A stretch of 64,000 bases of DNA. It comes from an uncultured Lachnospiraceae bacterium (lineage in GTDB: Bacteria > Bacillota > Clostridia > Lachnospirales > Lachnospiraceae). Both the position numbers and the translations under genes were made by a program. The stretch lies in assembly GCA_947629545.1 (NCBI GenBank), contig CANREE010000002.1, positions 5,084-69,083 on the forward strand, given 5' to 3'. Numbering within the stretch: the stretch's first letter is position 1; every line of letters begins with the position of its first letter. Shown one piece after another: positions 46,324 through 61,008 of the stretch. The notes under the pieces are model-generated. The model made no database searches. It saw only the letters and a program-made list of their open reading frames with translations, and had not been told where the DNA came from.

Positions 46324-49300
46324 ATGTCAATGGAGAAAAGCAGAATGCGTCCTGTGAAAGCAGGGAAAAGCGAACGAATGAGCTTCTCGAGACAGAAGGA
46401 AGTTCTTGAGATGCCGAACCTGATCGAAATCCAGAAGACGTCGTACCAGTGGTTTCTGGAGGACGGTCTGAAGGAAATTTTCGAAGACATCTCTCCGATC
46501 GCGGACTTCGCGGGACACCTGAGCCTGGAATTTGTCGATTTTACATTATGTAAGGACGACATTAAGTACACCATCGAGGAGTGTAAGGAGCGTGACGCGA
46601 CTTACGCCGCTCCGCTGAAGGTGAAGGTAAGGCTCTGCAATAAAGACAAGGATGAGATCAACGAGCACGAGATCTTTATGGGAGATCTTCCTCTCATGAC
46701 GGATACCGGCTCCTTTGTGATCAACGGCGCCGAGCGCGTCATTGTCAGCCAGCTGGTCCGTTCCCCCGGTATCTATTACACTGTCGCCCGTGATAAGGTG
46801 GGCAAGGAACTGTATTCCTGTCAGGTGATCCCCAACCGCGGCGCATGGCTGGAGTATGAGACGGATTCCAACGATGTCTTTTATGTCCGTGTGGACCGTA
46901 CCAGAAAGGTGCCGGTCACGGTGCTGATCCGCGCCCTGGGTTACGGGACGAATGCGGAGATCATCGATATCTTCGGCGAGGAGCCGAAGATCCTGGCGAG
47001 CTTTACCAAGGATGTTTCGGATAATTATCAGGACGGCCTGTTGGAATTATATAAGAAGATCCGTCCCGGCGAGCCGCTTTCCGTGGACAGCGCCGAGAGC
47101 CTTCTGAACGCCATGTTCTTTGACCCCAGACGGTATGATCTGGCCAGGGTCGGACGTTACAAGTTTAATAAGAAGTTGTCCTTCGGCAATCGTTTGAAAG
47201 GCCATACCCTTGCCGAGGACGTCTTTGATCCTGAGACCGGTGAAGTGCTGGCGACAGCCGGTCAGGAACTGGATAAGAAGACTGCCGAGGCGATCCAGAA
47301 CGCGGCGGTGAAATATGTCTGGGTTCAGGGCGTCGACCGGAATGTGAAAGTCATTTCCAATATGATGGTCAACCTGGAGCATTACGTAAATTTCCCGGCT
47401 TCTGAGGCGGGAGTTACAGAGTTAGTATTCTACCCGGTATTAAAGCCTATACTGGATGAATTTGGAGATGACGAAGAAGAATTAAAACGCGAGATCCGTC
47501 GGCGTGTGCGGGATCTGATCCCCAAGCACATTACGAAGGAGGATATCCTCGCTTCCATTAATTATAATATGCATCTGGAACAGCAGGTCGGCAACTCCGA
47601 TGACATTGATCATCTGGGCAACCGACGCATCCGTGCTGTCGGCGAGCTTCTGCAGAACCAGTATCGGATCGGTCTGGCCCGCATGGAGCGTGTGGTGCGC
47701 GAACGAATGACGACTCAGGATGTGGATGGCATTACGCCCCAGTCCCTGATTAATATCAAACCTGTGACTGCGGCGGTGAAGGAGTTCTTTGGAAGTTCCC
47801 AGCTGTCCCAGTTCATGGATCAGAATAACCCGCTGGCGGAGTTGACGAACAAGCGCCGCCTGTCGGCGTTAGGCCCCGGCGGTCTGTCCAGAGACCGCGC
47901 CGGATTCGAGGTCCGCGACGTTCATTACACCCATTACGGACGTATGTGTCCTATCGAGACCCCTGAAGGTCCGAATATCGGCCTGATTAACTCCCTGGCG
48001 ACTTATGCCCGGGTGAATATCTACGGTTTCGTGGAAGCGCCTTATCGTATCGTGGACAAGGAGAGCGATCCGAAGAATCCGCGGGTGACTGACGAGGTGG
48101 TCTATCTGACTGCTGACGAGGAGGATAATTTTGTCGTAGCTCAGGCGAACGAGCCGCTGGACGAGGAAGGGCATTTTGTGAACAATAACGTTTCCGGACG
48201 TTACCGTACTGAGACTTCCGCATTTCAGAAGTCCAGTGTGGATCTGATGGACGTATCGCCGAAGATGGTGTTTTCCGTAGCGACTTCGATGATCCCGTTC
48301 CTGGAGAACGACGATGCCAACCGTGCTCTTATGGGTTCTAACATGCAGCGTCAGGCAGTGCCGCTTTTGAATACGGAAGCGCCTGTGGTCGGCACCGGTA
48401 TGGAAGGCAAGGCGGCCGTGGATTCCGGCGTCTGCGTAATCGCGAAGAATGCGGGCGTTGTCGAGCGCTCCGCTTCTAATGAGATCGTGATCCGCAGGGA
48501 TGACGGCGTGCGCGATACCTACCATCTGACCAAGTTTAAGAGAAGTAACCAGTCCAACTGTTATAACCAGAAGCCCATTGTTTTCAAGGGCGACCGTGTG
48601 GAGGCCGGAGAGGTCATCGCGGACGGTCCGTCTACCCAGAACGGCGAGCTGGCTCTGGGCAAGAATCCGCTGATCGGTTTCATGACCTGGGAAGGTTATA
48701 ACTATGAGGACGCGGTCCTGCTGAGTGAGAAGCTGGTACAGGATGACGTCTATACGTCGGTTCATATTGAAGAATACGAGGCTGAGGCCCGCGATACGAA
48801 GCTTGGGCCGGAAGAGATCACCCGCGACGTTCCCGGCGTCGGTGAAGACGCCCTGAAGGATCTGGACGAGCGCGGCATCATCCGGATCGGCGCCGAGGTT
48901 CGCGCCCAGGATATTCTGGTCGGTAAGGTCACGCCGAAGGGCGAGACCGAGTTGACTGCCGAAGAGCGGCTGCTGCGCGCGATCTTCGGAGAGAAGGCCC
49001 GCGAGGTACGCGATACATCGCTTAAGGTTCCCCACGGCGCTTACGGCATCGTGGTGGACGCGAAGGTATTTACCCGCGAGAACGGCGATGAGCTGGCTCC
49101 CGGCGTTAACAAAACGGTGCGCATCTATATCGCGCAGAAGAGGAAGATCTCCGTCGGCGATAAGATGGCGGGACGTCACGGCAATAAGGGCGTTGTGTCC
49201 AGGGTGCTGCCGGTGGAGGATATGCCGTTTTTGCCCAACGGGCGTCCGCTTGATATCGTGCTGAACCCGCTTGGCGTGCCTTCCCGTATGAATATCGGGC

Positions 49301-50196
49301 AGGTTTTGGAGACCCATTTAAGTCTGGCATCCAAGGCCCTTGGTTTTAATGTCTCTACGCCGGTTTTCGACGGTGCTGATGAGAAGGAAATCATGGACAC
49401 TCTGGATATGGCGAATGATTATGTCAACGGTGAGTGGGAGGATTTCCAGGAGAAATATAAGGATACGCTGGATCCGTCTGTGATGGAGTATCTGGGTTCC
49501 CATCTGGAGCACAGGGAGCTCTGGAAAGGCGTACCGATCACCCGCGACGGCAAGGTCCGCCTGCGTGACGGCCGTACCGGAGAGTATTTTGACAGTCCGG
49601 TCACGATTGGCCATATGCATTACCTGAAGCTCCATCATCTGGTAGACGATAAGATCCACGCCCGTTCCACCGGCCCATATTCTCTGGTGACCCAGCAGCC
49701 TCTGGGCGGCAAGGCCCAGTTTGGCGGACAGCGTTTCGGCGAGATGGAGGTGTGGGCGCTGGAGGCGTACGGCGCATCCTATACGCTGCAGGAGATCCTG
49801 ACCGTCAAGTCCGACGATGTGGTGGGACGTGTGAAGACTTATGAAGCCATCATTAAGGGCGAGAATATCCCCGAAGCGGGGGTTCCCGAATCCTTTAAGG
49901 TTCTCCTTAAGGAACTGCAGTCCCTCGGTCTGGATGTGCGTGTCCTGCGTGACGACAATACCGAAGTGGAGCTTTCCGAGACGCTGGATTACGGCGATAC
50001 GGATCTGCGCGCCATCATTGAGGGCGACCGTTCTTACGGACGCGACGACTCTTATGAGAGTTACGGATACCAGTCGCAGGAGTTCAAGGACGGCGAATTG
50101 GTAGACATCAGCGACGAGGATGAAGAGGAAGACGATTTTGACGACAGCTACGATGACCTTGAACCTGATGACGACGAGTTTGACGAGGAATCATGA
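46324..50196 (+). CDS. rpoB: RNA polymerase beta subunit
   Basis: [60 protein letters not shown]. Confidence 0.99.
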   Translation: MSMEKSRMRPVKAGKSERMSFSRQKEVLEMPNLIEIQKTSYQWFLEDGLKEIFEDISPIADFAGHLSLEFVDFTLCKDDIKYTIEECKERDATYAAPLKVKVRLCNKDKDEINEHEIFMGDLPLMTDTGSFVINGAERVIVSQLVRSPGIYYTVARDKVGKELYSCQVIPNRGAWLEYETDSNDVFYVRVDRTRKVPVTVLIRALGYGTNAEIIDIFGEEPKILASFTKDVSDNYQDGLLELYKKIRPGEPLSVDSAESLLNAMFFDPRRYDLARVGRYKFNKKLSFGNRLKGHTLAEDVFDPETGEVLATAGQELDKKTAEAIQNAAVKYVWVQGVDRNVKVISNMMVNLEHYVNFPASEAGVTELVFYPVLKPILDEFGDDEEELKREIRRRVRDLIPKHITKEDILASINYNMHLEQQVGNSDDIDHLGNRRIRAVGELLQNQYRIGLARMERVVRERMTTQDVDGITPQSLINIKPVTAAVKEFFGSSQLSQFMDQNNPLAELTNKRRLSALGPGGLSRDRAGFEVRDVHYTHYGRMCPIETPEGPNIGLINSLATYARVNIYGFVEAPYRIVDKESDPKNPRVTDEVVYLTADEEDNFVVAQANEPLDEEGHFVNNNVSGRYRTETSAFQKSSVDLMDVSPKMVFSVATSMIPFLENDDANRALMGSNMQRQAVPLLNTEAPVVGTGMEGKAAVDSGVCVIAKNAGVVERSASNEIVIRRDDGVRDTYHLTKFKRSNQSNCYNQKPIVFKGDRVEAGEVIADGPSTQNGELALGKNPLIGFMTWEGYNYEDAVLLSEKLVQDDVYTSVHIEEYEAEARDTKLGPEEITRDVPGVGEDALKDLDERGIIRIGAEVRAQDILVGKVTPKGETELTAEERLLRAIFGEKAREVRDTSLKVPHGAYGIVVDAKVFTRENGDELAPGVNKTVRIYIAQKRKISVGDKMAGRHGNKGVVSRVLPVEDMPFLPNGRPLDIVLNPLGVPSRMNIGQVLETHLSLASKALGFNVSTPVFDGADEKEIMDTLDMANDYVNGEWEDFQEKYKDTLDPSVMEYLGSHLEHRELWKGVPITRDGKVRLRDGRTGEYFDSPVTIGHMHYLKLHHLVDDKIHARSTGPYSLVTQQPLGGKAQFGGQRFGEMEVWALEAYGASYTLQEILTVKSDDVVGRVKTYEAIIKGENIPEAGVPESFKVLLKELQSLGLDVRVLRDDNTEVELSETLDYGDTDLRAIIEGDRSYGRDDSYESYGYQSQEFKDGELVDISDEDEEEDDFDDSYDDLEPDDDEFDEES

Positions 50197-50272
50197 CCGC
50201 CCGCGCCGCAGTCCCGGCCATGTGCCGGGGCGCTGACGGCAGAGGGAAACCATATAGAAGGGAGTATTACTC

Positions 50273-53989
<3,717 letters not shown>

Positions 53990-54133
53990 TTAATCATTTG
54001 CATATAACAGGAACAACGGCAAGGGACTGCGGGATAGACTGCATCCCTTGCCTGTTGTCGGGGTGCAGAGAGGGGAACAGAAACGGCGTGATGGCCGATT
54101 CACGTCAGAGAACAGGCGATTGACGCAGGATTC

Positions 54134-54163
54134 TTGACAGTCAGATTCAGCCCGGCCTATAAT
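54134..54163 (+). promoter_or_regulatory. SigA promoter of the SARP/BTAD regulator
   Basis: TTGACA-18 bp-TATAAT. Confidence 0.7.
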
Positions 54164-54220
54164 GTGGGCTATGACGGAATGGAAAGCTTTAGGAGAAGAA
54201 TTCGTCAGATGGGGGATAAG

Positions 54221-55555
54221 ATGAAGGAAGTCTTAAAAGTACAGCTTCTGGGCGGTTTCTCCATGTACTATGGGGACAGGTCGATATTGCTCAATAAGAT
54301 GGAAAGCTCCAAGGCGTCGCGGCTGCTCCAGATGCTGCTGGCCGCGGCTCCGGATGGTATCGCCAAGAACGAACTGATCGATAATCTGTACGGCTGGGAT
54401 GAGAATTCCGACGCCGTTAATCGCAAACGCAGCCTGAATAATGTCATTTATCGTTTGAAATCCGTATTAAGCGCGGCCGGCCTTCCCGGAGAGAGTTTCG
54501 TGGAGACCATCGACGGCGTCTGCCGTTTTGCGCCCGGAATTCCGTTAGAGACCGACGCCGCACAGTTTGCGGAACTGGTTGCCCGGGCGGATGCCGCGGT
54601 TACAGACTGCTCTTACGGGGGGGGTAATGGACGCGCTATCCCGGCCGAGTCTGCTGATTCCTCCGAGACGTCGCCGCTCGTTTTGTATGAGGCGGCGAAC
54701 CGTGCCTATGTCGGCGAGCTTCTGCCGATGAATCAGACCTGCCCCTGGCTTCTGGTCAGGAGTACGCAGCTTAAATCCCTGTATTACCATACGATCAGCT
54801 GGCTGGAACAGGAGTACCGGCGGCACAATAACTATATAGATCAGCTGGCGCTCTATTCCAGAGCGGCAGCTATTTATCCGTTCGATAACTGGCAGGTTCG
54901 GCAGATCCGCTGTAATCTCGAAATGTACCGCTACGAGGAAGCCATTGCCATCTATAACGGGACGATGGAAATGTACGCCCGCGACATGGGCAATCCGCCC
55001 ACGGAGGAAATGCAGCGTTGCTTCGAGGAAATGCGGCTGAACGAGGCGTTTCACCGGAATGACACCCACAAGCTTTCCAGTTGGCGGACAATGGACCGGA
55101 TCTTTATGGGACATGAGGGCAATGTGGTCAAAACGATCTTTGAACAGGATCAGGCGGCCGGCGCCTACTACTGCACATATCCCAGCTTCGTCGATTATTG
55201 CCGTGTGCTGGTGCGGAACCGGAAGCGTCACGACCCTCGCGCCATGCTGCTTTTCATGACGCTGGAAGGCCGCGGCCGCAAGAAGATGCAGGACCAGATG
55301 GACGTGCTGAAGGCCGCGATCGGCCGCGCCCTGCGCAAAGGCGATACCTACACCCGTTACGGTAACCGCCATTACATCGTGATGCTGACTGACGTCCGGG
55401 AGAAAGAAGACTGCGCGATCGTTTTCTCCCGCATCGAGGGCCTCTATCATACGCTTTCCGATTCTCCCGGCGAGCTCTGGTACCACGCCGCAATGACGCA
55501 GGAACTGGCGGAGGCGTTTGCGGATGAAAGCCAGAAAATGATAGAAAATACTTAA
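54221..55555 (+). CDS. SARP/AfsR-type regulator (wHTH + BTAD) with a degenerate GGDEF-like C-terminal domain
   Basis: LKVQLLGGFSMYY, LNNVIYRLK, YVGELLP, IYPFDNW; C-terminal ALRKGDTYTRYGNRHYIVML. Confidence 0.8.
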   Translation: MKEVLKVQLLGGFSMYYGDRSILLNKMESSKASRLLQMLLAAAPDGIAKNELIDNLYGWDENSDAVNRKRSLNNVIYRLKSVLSAAGLPGESFVETIDGVCRFAPGIPLETDAAQFAELVARADAAVTDCSYGGGNGRAIPAESADSSETSPLVLYEAANRAYVGELLPMNQTCPWLLVRSTQLKSLYYHTISWLEQEYRRHNNYIDQLALYSRAAAIYPFDNWQVRQIRCNLEMYRYEEAIAIYNGTMEMYARDMGNPPTEEMQRCFEEMRLNEAFHRNDTHKLSSWRTMDRIFMGHEGNVVKTIFEQDQAAGAYYCTYPSFVDYCRVLVRNRKRHDPRAMLLFMTLEGRGRKKMQDQMDVLKAAIGRALRKGDTYTRYGNRHYIVMLTDVREKEDCAIVFSRIEGLYHTLSDSPGELWYHAAMTQELAEAFADESQKMIENT

Positions 55556-55668
55556 AAAAAAACGGAAATTTGTTTTTTCGTGACCGCTTGCGAGACCGGC
55601 CCGCCGTTATAATGGCATTGTAGAATAGATGTGCCAGCAATGGTAGTTGTTAAGGAGAGGAGATCAAG

Positions 55669-58600
55669 ATGGAGATAAGGAGAGGTTATTCAAAAAAGCT
55701 TTCCCGCCTCGCGGCGCTTACGCTTGCGCTCGCGATGGTTCTGTCGAATGTGGGGGCAGGGATGCAGCCTGTGTATGCGAAGGAACCGGTAACTCAGGCG
55801 CCGGAGATCCGGCAGCAGGGTGAGGGAAACCCTGACCTGAATGACATCGGGAACTACGATACGGCTACGCCGTTAAGCGCGGATGAATCTGAGCCGTCTC
55901 CGGGAAATGGGAACGGCGGCGGATTTACAGGCCGCGGATTTTGGGACGACGGTATCGGCGAGGCTGATGGGATCCTGCCGCTGGCTACGACGCCGTCTGA
56001 CGCGGTGAAGGTTACGGTGGTTGTTGAGAACCCGGAAGGGATCGAGAAGACAGATCCTAAAGAGGGAATTTATAATGTTGATCCGGAAGGGGATTTTACG
56101 CTTACAGTGATGCCTCAAAAATGCTATAAGGTTACCGCCGCGGTCACTCCTGAGGAGGTTGATTGTCAAGAAACGCAGGCAAAAGACGGAACGTATACGT
56201 ATACGCTCTCGAATCTGCAGGAGGAAAATACTGTGACCGTTACTGCGGAGTATCTTGAGGCGGTAGCGGCTTACTATGCAGTCGTGGAGGAAGTGGAAAC
56301 TTTCGGTGATGTAACGGTGGACAATATAGAAGAAGCAGTTACTTTGTATAAGAAACTTATCTCGGCCCATGATAGTGCGCAGAAAGAGCTGGGAACGAAT
56401 ACAACGGCATTAGATACAAACTATACAAATGTGAGAACTTCATTTGCGGAAAAAATCAAAGCTGTCTGGAAGGGTGACAGTGATAACGGCTGGTACCTGA
56501 TACTCACGCATGAGGCGCAAGGGGACGAAACATTTACCCCTATAAAAGAATATATATATCTGCCCAAGTCCGAAGAATATCTGTCCGCTCTGGCCGCGTA
56601 CGAGAAACATCAGTCCGAGTCCAAGACAGATGTGCCTGAGTCCGAGACAGATACGCCCCAAAAGACAGCTGTGCCAAACGATACGCTGAAAAAAGATGAT
56701 CCGAGGTTAATTGCCCTTCAGAAGGCTTTTGAAGGGAAAGTATACAATGGAAACAGTATTGATGACAGAGGCAGAAATTTGCCTGGGGCCGGAGGTGATG
56801 AGTTTACCAGACCGGTTGAAGTGACATTCTATTATACGGACGCAGCAGGTGACGGTTGGTCGTTTGATCCCGAAACGGGAACTTTGACATTGACCGGCGA
56901 TGTTACAACGACTGGAGCTGATCATCCATGGGCTGCATTTGCAAATGAAATACATACAATCAGTGCGCCGGGATCTGCCAGAATTAAAATTTGTGATGGC
57001 GCCTTCAATATGCCTCCGTATACGACGGCGAACAGTAAAAACACAAAGGGCGAAATTACTGAAATGAAAGGCATCAATAAAGTAGATCTGACAAATGTTG
57101 AATCGATTGGAGAGTATGCCTTTAACGGATGCCAGAGTTTGGGGGAGGTCAAATTAAATAATGTGGAGAAAATTGGGTGCGGCGCTTTCAAAGGCTGTGT
57201 AGCGCTGACAAAAGTCGATTTATCAAATATAGAAGAAATTGGAGATTTTGCAACAAATTCCAGCAAAGATGCAAGTCAGGGAGCTTTTGATCAGTGCTAT
57301 AAGATAAATGAATTAATATTGAACGAAGTTCATTTTATTGGATCAAACACGTTTCCTTCTTGTTCTATAAGTAATTTGACAATGTCTGGCGTAATAGGGA
57401 TAGGTACTAAGGCGTTTTATAATTCGTGCCTCAAGTTGGATACGATTGAGATTCCTGCTTCATGTCAGTTTATAGGCGCTAATGCGTTTTCCGTGCAAAA
57501 AACCAGATTAGCGGCGGTTAATACTTCAATCAAGATACCGGAGAATAGCAGTCTTACGTTAGGTTATAGTAATATATTCAGTAAGATGCCGAACTTGATT
57601 GCCCGGATGGAAAGTCTGTGGGATAAGACATTCAGCTTAAATCCGATTACAACGCCTGAGTTATCCGTACCGAAAGGATGGACTGACAGCAAAGATGGAT
57701 TGAAGAATAGTACGGGACAGGATGCTACACAGTTAACAAAGGCAGCTCGCTGGACAGATGACAGTAAAACAAAAGCGGAGATAGAGCTTCAGTTTGCGCA
57801 CTCAAAAACTCCGGGAAAAGATATCCTGTTCCTGTTGGATTACAGCAATTCTATTGCATATCCGGCGAATTATAAAGATTCGAAGCTGTATAACATTCAG
57901 TTTAAGACAATTGATTTAATCGAGGATTTGTTTGCCGAGGGATACGACAATCGGGTTGGAGTTATCACCTTTGGAGGCCCTAAGAAAGCTACATATCAGG
58001 ATGATGGTACCGACGGAACTGTGAATACTGCGGATTTTACTACGAACATAGAAGAATTAAGAAGTTTTGTATCAACAGATTATTCAAAGGAAGAAAATAC
58101 GAGTTATACCAAGGCTTTCAATTCTGCAAAAGCAATGATTGAAGGACGCGGCGATGATAGCAGGGATGTTAAAATCATCTTCATTTCTGATGGCGTACCT
58201 TATAACGAAGGCAGGGCGCTTCCGTATGAGGGTGATATTAAGAATGCGGTAGACGCTGTAAAAGCACTGGCGAATGTAGAGATTTTCTCCGTCCTGCAGG
58301 CAGATTCTTCAACCACAAACGCTGATGAGAGTATGATGCTTCAGATCGCCAGCGCTCCGGAATATTATTTCGAGGCAGAGAATACCGAATCCTTCAACGA
58401 TGCAGTAAACGCGGCAATCGCTGCCGCATATGGCACCTTTACGGTAACGGATATAGTCGGAGCGGATTTTGATCTTGACACGGCGAGCGTTGTGGCGAGA
58501 AGTTACAATGCCGACGGAGAGGCGACTGTACTTTCTGGCGAGCTGTCTTCCATAAGCTTTAGCAAGGATGCTGATGGAAACGATGTGATTACATGGGAAC

Positions 58601-59439
58601 TGCCAGCACTGGCCAATACCCGGTATACGCTGACCTTCACGGAGAATCTGAAGCCGGATGCCGCAGGAAAGTATCCGTCCGGTGAGGTGGATACGAATAC
58701 CGGTGCAGCAGAAGTAAGGTCTCTTGGCGCAAATGAAGCGGTCAATACGGTATCGACACCGAAGCTTAGCCGTAATGAATACAGCATTAAGGTTCACTAT
58801 GTTGTCAGAGATACGAATGCAAGTCTGGATGAGGATTATGTAGAATATGTAAGCGAGTATGGAGCGTATAATATTGCTGAACGACTGAGCAGGGCCTTTG
58901 ATGGATATCAGTTCGACGGGTATCAGACTGCTGATGGTCAGATGCCGCCGCTGCAGGGAACAATGACAGGAGATATGGAAATTACCGTATATTATGTCAA
59001 GGTTCCGGATCCGACTGTTCCGGCCCCGACGGATCCCCAGCCGACGGATCCCCAGCCGACAGAGTCCCAACCGACAGAGCCCCAGCCCACAGAGCCGGAG
59101 CCGACGAGTCCCAATCCGCCCAGCGGAGGTGGAAGCAGCAGCGGAACGCTGCCTTCTCCGACCCCGTCGCCTTCGTATCCGGGGAACGGACCGGTAAGCC
59201 CGGTACAGATTTCGGACAATGAGACGCCGTTGGGAGCTGCCCCGGTCCAGATTGAGGATATGGCGATCCCGATGGACGCGGCGCTGGTTTCCATTGATGA
59301 TGAGGAAGTGCCGTTGGCTTCCGCACCAGTGACCGGCGATGAGAGGCCGCTTGGCACGATTGCCCTTCTTGGAGCGCTGGCGCTGGGACTGATGGGAGTC
59401 TTCGGTATCCTGAGCTTCCGAAAGAAGGAAAGCGAGTAG
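55669..59439 (+). CDS. Sortase-anchored surface adhesin: BspA-type LRR + vWA + MucBP-like + Pro-rich stalk
   Basis: Signal peptide; VESIGEYAFNGCQSL-type LRRs; MIDAS DYSNS..T..SDG; PTDPQ repeats; IxDxxxPL repeats + APVTG + TM + RKK tail. Confidence 0.85.
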   Translation: MEIRRGYSKKLSRLAALTLALAMVLSNVGAGMQPVYAKEPVTQAPEIRQQGEGNPDLNDIGNYDTATPLSADESEPSPGNGNGGGFTGRGFWDDGIGEADGILPLATTPSDAVKVTVVVENPEGIEKTDPKEGIYNVDPEGDFTLTVMPQKCYKVTAAVTPEEVDCQETQAKDGTYTYTLSNLQEENTVTVTAEYLEAVAAYYAVVEEVETFGDVTVDNIEEAVTLYKKLISAHDSAQKELGTNTTALDTNYTNVRTSFAEKIKAVWKGDSDNGWYLILTHEAQGDETFTPIKEYIYLPKSEEYLSALAAYEKHQSESKTDVPESETDTPQKTAVPNDTLKKDDPRLIALQKAFEGKVYNGNSIDDRGRNLPGAGGDEFTRPVEVTFYYTDAAGDGWSFDPETGTLTLTGDVTTTGADHPWAAFANEIHTISAPGSARIKICDGAFNMPPYTTANSKNTKGEITEMKGINKVDLTNVESIGEYAFNGCQSLGEVKLNNVEKIGCGAFKGCVALTKVDLSNIEEIGDFATNSSKDASQGAFDQCYKINELILNEVHFIGSNTFPSCSISNLTMSGVIGIGTKAFYNSCLKLDTIEIPASCQFIGANAFSVQKTRLAAVNTSIKIPENSSLTLGYSNIFSKMPNLIARMESLWDKTFSLNPITTPELSVPKGWTDSKDGLKNSTGQDATQLTKAARWTDDSKTKAEIELQFAHSKTPGKDILFLLDYSNSIAYPANYKDSKLYNIQFKTIDLIEDLFAEGYDNRVGVITFGGPKKATYQDDGTDGTVNTADFTTNIEELRSFVSTDYSKEENTSYTKAFNSAKAMIEGRGDDSRDVKIIFISDGVPYNEGRALPYEGDIKNAVDAVKALANVEIFSVLQADSSTTNADESMMLQIASAPEYYFEAENTESFNDAVNAAIAAAYGTFTVTDIVGADFDLDTASVVARSYNADGEATVLSGELSSISFSKDADGNDVITWELPALANTRYTLTFTENLKPDAAGKYPSGEVDTNTGAAEVRSLGANEAVNTVSTPKLSRNEYSIKVHYVVRDTNASLDEDYVEYVSEYGAYNIAERLSRAFDGYQFDGYQTADGQMPPLQGTMTGDMEITVYYVKVPDPTVPAPTDPQPTDPQPTESQPTEPQPTEPEPTSPNPPSGGGSSSGTLPSPTPSPSYPGNGPVSPVQISDNETPLGAAPVQIEDMAIPMDAALVSIDDEEVPLASAPVTGDERPLGTIALLGALALGLMGVFGILSFRKKESE
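59026..59100 (+). repeat. Five 15-bp repeats encoding PT(D/E)(P/S)(Q/E)
   Basis: ccgacggatccccag x2, ccgacagagtcccaa, ccgacagagccccag, cccacagagccggag. Confidence 0.9.
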
Positions 59440-59498
59440 GTAAGACCGCGGATAATCAGACTGTCAAGTAAGATGTCATGCGGATAAACAGAATCAGC

Positions 59499-59533
59499 AA
59501 AAGCGCATGGGCAGAAGATGTCCATGCGCTTTT
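59499..59533 (+). terminator. Intrinsic terminator after the adhesin
   Basis: AAAAGCGCATGGGCA-GAAGA-TGTCCATGCGCTTTT. Confidence 0.8.
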
Positions 59534-59546
59534 GGCTTAGTATCCA

Positions 59547-59575
59547 TTGACATTACCCCCGATGTCGTGTAGAAT
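59547..59575 (+). promoter_or_regulatory. SigA promoter of nrfA
   Basis: TTGACA-17 bp-TAGAAT. Confidence 0.75.
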
Positions 59576-59610
59576 AACGGTATGATGGTGTACCTTTGGA
59601 GGGGTATGTT

Positions 59611-60888
59611 ATGCGAAAGACAGACGCAAACAGGAAGAATTTCATTGGACTAGGAGTTATGGCCGCAGCCGCGGTAGTTGTGGTCGCGGTATCCGGGCCG
59701 GTTCAGAAGGCGCTCAGCGCTATTATTCCGGCGCCCGCGGGAGTGATCGTGTATAAGCAGGTGGATGCGCCTGTGCCTGCGCGGGCAAACGGCGTCATTT
59801 CCGCCGATGAGTGGGAGAGCATTTATCCGGAGATTGTGGCGTCTTACCGGGCGAATGACGATAACCATTACCGGGTAGCCTATACGGAGGAGAATCCGTA
59901 TATTGTGTCCCTCTATGAGGGCTTCGGTTTCGCAAAGGACTATACGAGCGCCGTTTCCCATACCTATACGCTGGAGGACGTGGCGGAGACGGAGCGTCCC
60001 CATCCTCTGGCCAACTGCCTGACCTGCAAGACGCCGGATTATACCAAGCTGGTCAATGACATGGGCGTAGAGGCGTATAAGTATGATTTTAATGAAACGC
60101 ACGCACAGATGGCGGAGAATATCAGCTGTTATAACTGCCATGAGAATCAGGCTGGTAACGGCGGTCAGCTGGTGGTTACCCACTCCTACGTGAAGAATGC
60201 TCTGGGCAGTGAGGTGGATTCCATTGATCCGTCCACGCTGTCCTGCGGACAGTGCCATATCGAGTATTATTTCGCGCCGGAGACCAAGGAGACGATGATG
60301 CCGTACACGAGTGTGGCCTCCATGGATCCGGAAGCGATTCTGGCATATTATGATGAAATGGGCTTCTCCGACTGGACGCAGGAGAGTACCGGAACCGCGA
60401 TGCTGAAAGCGCAGCATCCGGAGTTTGAGACGTATCTTGGCGCGGGCAGCGCCCATGCGGGCTTCGGTATGAGCTGCGCTGACTGCCATATGGCGGTGGT
60501 CACGGAGAAGGGAACGACTTACACCAGTCACAAGTGGGAGAGTCCGCTGGCGAATCAGGCGATTCTGGATACCTGCGTACAGTGCCACGGCGAGACGGAT
60601 ATGGCGGAGAAGGTGAAGGCGATCCAGACGGAGATCACCGGACGGGAGAATGCGATCGGACAGAAGCTGGTTGAACTGAAGGATGCCCTGGCGGCCGAGG
60701 TGGCTGCCAGTGAGATGAGCGAGGATCAGCTGAATGAGATCCGCTCGCTGTACCGCAGCGCCCAGTGGTACTGGGATTTCTGCTATGTGGAGAACAGCGA
60801 GGGCGCCCATAACTCGACGCTGGCCGGGAGATGTCTGGATAAGTGCGAGGAGCTGATGGCAGAAGCGATGGAGCTGCTGGGACTTTGA
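59611..60888 (+). CDS. nrfA: Pentaheme ammonia-forming cytochrome c552 nitrite reductase
   Basis: CLTCK (Lys-ligated heme 1), CYNCH, CGQCHIEYYF, KAQHPEFE, CADCH, CVQCH, ENSEGAHN. Confidence 0.93.
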   Translation: MRKTDANRKNFIGLGVMAAAAVVVVAVSGPVQKALSAIIPAPAGVIVYKQVDAPVPARANGVISADEWESIYPEIVASYRANDDNHYRVAYTEENPYIVSLYEGFGFAKDYTSAVSHTYTLEDVAETERPHPLANCLTCKTPDYTKLVNDMGVEAYKYDFNETHAQMAENISCYNCHENQAGNGGQLVVTHSYVKNALGSEVDSIDPSTLSCGQCHIEYYFAPETKETMMPYTSVASMDPEAILAYYDEMGFSDWTQESTGTAMLKAQHPEFETYLGAGSAHAGFGMSCADCHMAVVTEKGTTYTSHKWESPLANQAILDTCVQCHGETDMAEKVKAIQTEITGRENAIGQKLVELKDALAAEVAASEMSEDQLNEIRSLYRSAQWYWDFCYVENSEGAHNSTLAGRCLDKCEELMAEAMELLGL

Positions 60889-61008
60889 TAAGGAAATGAT
60901 CGGACGCGCCATGTGAATGAGAAGGGAAATGAGGGCCGGGGGCGAGACTGCCGGCCCTTGTTGTATATACGGTTCGGCGCCGCAGAAGGCTGCGGGGCGG
61001 AGGAGATT

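Noticed and set aside
59462-59478. GlnR/TnrA-like box TGTCA-N7-TGTCA upstream of nrfA
   Set aside because: It mismatches TGTNA-N7-TNACA and lies upstream of the adhesin terminator, away from the promoter core
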